Source: Tubiluchus corallicola (Eukaryota > Animalia > Priapulida). From it: DNA of 64,000 nt. The stretch's first letter is position 1. Each line of letters begins with the position of its first letter. The notes beneath the pieces are model-generated. The model saw only the letters and a program-made list of their open reading frames with translations. It made no database searches and had not been told where the DNA came from. Location of the stretch: positions 62,001-126,000 of the forward strand of contig JAQGDQ010000197.1 of assembly GCA_030141605.1 (NCBI GenBank), in the 5' to 3' direction. The translations under genes and the position numbers were made by a program. Shown here piece after piece: positions 59,214 to 64,000 of the stretch.

Positions 59214-60224
59214 GATTATAAATATTTACACTTGTAACAAGATTTATATTTTCACAATTACACAAATCAGTCACTAACAGTAAAATGACGGTTGAAATGT
59301 GCACTTCATATGGTGGAAAAGCGTAAACTGTGATGGTAAACAACAGACACGTTGGTGTATATTAACACCTGATTATCAAAACGGGGTTCATTATACATTT
59401 GTAAAGGTTGTCTACAACACCAGTTCTAAATATTGCATAGTATGAGTAGTTCACTCTTTAAAACTGTGATTAAGACTGTTAAGACTATAAGGTGAAAAAG
59501 TCAAAACAAATACAATAATAAGTAAACTGACAGCTTAATCAAACAATGCAAACTAGTAAACTCAGCACATATGAGCACTTAAAGGTTAAACTAGGTCCAA
59601 ACTGCAAACTTTGCTAAGTCGTTCGTTTGGTAGCCTGTTAAGTACACATCACAGTTTACACCCAGCAGCTAGCAAAAAGTCCGCTGTACAACTGAAGAAC
59701 AGGTTTGATTTATCATTTCTAAACACTAAACAGGACACAGGAACTTATTATTGTGCTAGCGGGTAGAGCAGGATACAAATGAGCAAATGAAGTGATTTTC
59801 AAGTCAGCAAATGACGTCATTACCACTTTCTGAACGTCAAGATTCTGATTTTGCTCTGATGCATGCTCGCCAAACATTGCGATGAGTCATCCATTATGTG
59901 CTCGAATCAGTTAATTAGCAAATTGTAGTTTGGCACGAACAGGTATGCTAACAGGAAGTAGTGAAACTTATCAAACGTAAACAACTTTTTCTTGAAGCAT
60001 AGCTGCAAACTGTATATAGCAACTTATTTAAAGCAACTTCAGGAATTACAGCACTACCAGGCTAATCTGCTGTACAGATGGATTAGTGAAAATGTTCAAA
60101 TCCGAGTTAAGCCTGGCTAGTATGATTAATATAGGAGCAGCTTGTCATTAGAAAATCATTCAATGGAGCTTACCAAAGTGGAGTTGACTAAGTTGCAGCT
60201 CGCCACACTGATCTTGTGGGTGTA

Positions 60225-60380
60225 GGTCAAAGGACCACCAGTCAAAGGATCTCCAGTCAAAGGATCACAGGTCAAAAAACCGCCAGACAAAGAATCACTG
60301 GTCAAAGGAGCACAAGTCGAAAAAAGACCACTACAGACAAACGATCACTGGTCAAGGATTCAAAAGACAAAGGACTACCT
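60225..60380. repeat. 15-bp minisatellite (GTCAAAGGATCACCA-like), about 10 units
   Basis: Repeated G(T/A)CAAAGGA motifs at ~15-nt period. Confidence 0.85.
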
Positions 60381-60773
60381 AATAAAAATTAGCAGACCAT
60401 GAAAATATCAATCAAAAAATCATTTGAGATGCAATTTGCTTTGTGTTGAGATAAGTATATTCTTTGCAGGGGTTAAACTGTAAGGTTCTGCATGATTTAT
60501 CAGTACCTTCTATTCACCAGGCCAATGATAATGTTCTTAGGCATTGAATAATTTGGTGGTACTGCAAGTTTAAAAAAATTTAAGTTCAACTTTATTAGGT
60601 TTAACAAAGCATCTTATTTTACAGACATAGTATTGACAATGGTTATCGGCTAACCGAACAATAGTTTTTTATTGAAGGCATTTCTTGCTACAATGTTTGA
60701 CTAGACATTTAACTGGAAAATACTCATTCAAAAGTAGTACATCTATTCTTGATTTGGAGCTGAGGAGTTCGGG

Positions 60774-63700
60774 TGTAATCACGCTAACAATGTTCACGTT
60801 TGATAGGTGTAACAATACCATAGATATGGTTTGTGTAGATCAAAGATCTTTGTGATTGCTTAGCAGTGTTCTGCATTCTAGACTGTCATGCTGCTCTGAT
60901 GTTCTTTGTTTAAGTTCCTAATTAGTTTAATAAATACTACTTTATTATGCACGCATTTGTCTGGTTGCTAATATTATTGTAGCATGTAACATGGTGTCAG
61001 AAGTGAACTAGTTTGTTTTGAGTATTTATTCGGACGGCAAATTTGTAGAGAACTATGAATCAGTTAAAACCACCTAACGCACTAAACTTCGAATCACGCA
61101 ATGTGTCACAAGCGTGGAAAAAATGGCGTGAAGAATTTAGCTTGTATATGGAACTTGCACTTAGTGGCAAAACTGAAGAAGTGAAAAAGAAAACTTTTCT
61201 GTATTTAATCGGCGAGAGAGGTAGGGAAATCTACCCCACATTAAATATAACTACACCTGAAGCTGAACGAACTGCCGGACACTTGTTTACAGCCTTTGAA
61301 AGGTATTGTATTCCAACTGCCAATCAAACAGTTGAAAGATATAGATTCTTTACTAGAGTACAAAGTTCCTCTGAAACTATTGATGAATATGTAACAGCTT
61401 TGAGAGTGCTGGCTAGTACATGTGAATTTGGGCAGTTGGAAGATTCTCTATTGCGTGACAGAATAATATGCGGCGTAAATAGTCAAGAAATTAGAGAAAA
61501 ACTATTGAAAACCATAGATTTGACCCTTGACACTTGTCTTCAAACCTGTCGTGCTGCTGAGTTTTCTCACTCTGCAATTAAAGAATTTGCCCAAGGTTAA
61601 ATGCCAACTGAGAAAATCAACAGTGTAAAATGCAAGATGAAAAATAGGTCTAAGCCTAACTATGCTAAATCTGCTAGTTGTGCACAGTCAGAAGTGGTGC
61701 ATTCTGTGAAGCCAAAAACGACCTCAGCTATGTATGACTCACACCAAAAACGCTGTAAATTTTGTGGGAAACAACATGTTTTTGGTCGTGATAGTTGCCC
61801 TGCATATGGTAAGCAGTGTGCTAAGTGTAAGCAATGGAATCACTTCCAAGTTAAATGTGATTCTCTTAGAAAATCTGCATCATATAGTAGAAAAAGAAAT
61901 GTGCGCACCCTTGATCAGCAGTTTTGTGATATACAGTGTAGTGACTCAGATTCTGATAGTGAAAATTCGGAAAACTACTGGAATGTGCAAGCACTTCATT
62001 CTTCAAGTGTGAAATCTAGAAATAAAATTTTTGCTACGATGCTGGTGAGTAAGAAACCTATCGTTTTCTGATTGACAGTGGTGCAACATGCAATTTGATA
62101 CCAGCAAATTTTCTGCCTTTCAATCAGTTGATTGATCATAGTGAGAAAAAATGGCTTTACACGTATGCTGGAGGAACAACTGAACCAGTGGGTAGTTGTG
62201 TTGTTAAAATGATAAATCCTAAAAATGGTGGAAAGTATAAAGTGAAATGTGTTGTAGTGCAAGAAAATCTTTTACCTATAATTGGTAATTCTGCTGCTCA
62301 GCAAATGAATTTGCTGGACGTGAAGCATGAAAATATTCTAGGTGTTGATAGTTCTTCAACTGCAGATAGAGAATTAACCAAAGATGTTTTGCTAAGTGAT
62401 TATGCAGATGTGTTTGAAGGTCTAGGTAAACTTCCTGGAAAACTGCACTTAGAAGTAGATTCTAATGTACCCCCTGTAGGACATCCACCTAGACGCGGAC
62501 CTGTTGCTTTGAAGGATGACTTAAAGAAGGAGCTAGATAAACTTGAATCTCAAGAAATTCTTTCTAAAGTCACGACTCCTACAAATTTCGTATCTAGCCT
62601 TCTTGTTCTACGAAAATCAAACAACCAGCTGAGAGTCTGAATAGATCCTCAGGATCTAAATAAAGCTTTGAGGCAAAACCACTATCCTCTAAAGACTATT
62701 GAAGATGTCTTGCCAGATTTGAGTAAGGCCAAAGTCTTCAGTATTTTTGATGCCAAGAATGGATTTTGGCAAGTGGAACTAGATGAATCTAGCTTTTACT
62801 TAACCACTTTTAATACACCTTTCGGACGTTATCGTTGGCGACGTATGCCTTTTGGCATATCGGTTGCTCCTGAAGAGTACCAACACAGACAAGATGAGGC
62901 TCTAGAAGGTTTAAAGAATGTTATGAGTGTAGCAGACGACGTGTTACTTATTGGCAATGGAGCGACACTAGAAATTGCAAATAAAGATCATGATGAAAAT
63001 GTCCGAGCTTTTATGCAACGTTGCAGAGAGAAAAATTTAGTCTTAAACAAAGAGAAAATTAAGCTGCGACAGAGTAAAGTACAGTTTATTGGTCATGCAT
63101 TAACAAGTGAAGATCTGATGCCTGATCCAGACAAAGTTAAGGCTATTGTAGAAATGCCTGCCCCACAAGATGTGTCTGGTGTACGGAGACTTCTGGGATT
63201 AGTTAATTATCTATCTAAATTTGTTCCTAACTTAAGTGACATGTGCAAGCCACTTAGAGAACTTACCGAGAAAAATGTACTGTGGCACTGGGATGAAACC
63301 CAGGGGAAAGCATTCCAAACTATACAATCAGCTATCTCGCAGGAACCTGTACTGCGTTACTATGATCCTAAAGAAGAAGTCACCTTACAATGCGATTCTT
63401 CTGAGAAAGGTCTTGGAGCTGCCATTATGCAAAATGGACAACCAGTGGCTTATGCCAGTAGAGCATTGTCAGAAACTGAGACAAGGTATGCTCACATTGA
63501 AAAAGAGCTACTTTCATGTGTTTTTGCAGTTACAAAGTTTCATCAGTATGTTTATGGCTGTCGTGTAGTGGTCCAGACAGACCATAAGCCCTTGGTAGCT
63601 GTTATGCAAAAACCACTTCATTCAGCACCAAAGCGTTTACAGTCTATGCTAGTTAAACTTCAATGTTATGATCTGAAGTTAATTTACAAACCAGGACCTA

Positions 63701-63786
63701 CAATGTATGTAACTGATACACTAAGCAGAACTTATCTACAAAATCAGCCAGACTTAAAACAGACTACAAAGTCAGAAAACCTTTGA
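60774..63786 (+). mobile_element. Decayed Ty3/Gypsy LTR retrotransposon: 5' LTR (to 60991), gag, protease, RT, RNase H; integrase missing
   Basis: Gag LRDRIICGV plus double Zn knuckle; protease DSGATCNL in a shifted frame; RT FDAKNGFWQ, MPFG, VADD; RNase H CDSS, EKELL, TDHKPL; stops at 61598 and 62638; LTR start uncertain. Confidence 0.93.
60992..61005 (+). promoter_or_regulatory. Primer-binding site complementary to the 3' end of tRNA-Leu
   Basis: LTR end TAACA immediately followed by TGGTGTCAGAAGTG; AATAAA upstream at about 60928. Confidence 0.8.
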
Positions 63787-64000
63787 GGTTCAGAGAATGA
63801 ACTCTGTATAGTGATTTTGTTGTTTTTTGCAAACATGTTTAAATTTACATGTATTCATTTTGAGACCAAGTTTGTGTTTTTTTGGGGGGGATAATTGAAC
63901 TTGTAGTCTTACACTTTGAAATGATTATGAATAATTTGTTTGTCAAATTGTTCAGTGACTAGGAATGATGAGAATTAAGAACATTATACTTATTTACTTG

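Noticed and set aside
60225-60380. CRISPR-like array
   Set aside because: Contiguous 15-bp tandem units with no unique spacers, eukaryotic context, no cas genes
61598-62100. Programmed readthrough or frameshift in Gypsy gag-pol
   Set aside because: The TAA falls mid-gag before the zinc knuckles, and another stop lies within RT, so mutational decay is the simpler explanation

Overview
AT-rich, intron- and repeat-rich animal genomic DNA, probably from an invertebrate (lophotrochozoan-like repeats; this is an inference). Five genes can be reconstructed by hand from GT-AG, phase-compatible exons: (1) a 7-exon type II membrane alpha-1,3-fucosyltransferase (GT10, + strand, 24871-32479); (2) ribosomal protein RPL39 (- strand, 33080-38735), absent from the ORF track; (3) SDHAF2 (+ strand, 38825-41881), head-to-head with RPL39 with the ATGs about 90 bp apart; (4) seven 3' exons of a cathepsin D (- strand, 44403-52299), whose signal/propeptide exons were not found in the window; (5) an intronless 810-aa class-V PLP enzyme (cysteine-desulfurase-like, - strand, 56781-59213). 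Gene 5 appears nested on the same strand inside a cathepsin D intron and ends in a K-Ras4B-like basic + CVIM CaaX motif. The rest is LINE remnants, tRNA- and 5S-derived SINE-like pieces, MITEs, microsatellites and a decayed Ty3/Gypsy element. The most notable non-coding structures are a ~350-bp fold-back with a degenerate minimal hammerhead ribozyme at each end, two further fold-backs with outward-facing RNA motifs, and a perfect 34-bp-arm hairpin. All calls were made by eye with no database searches, and repeat boundaries are approximate.
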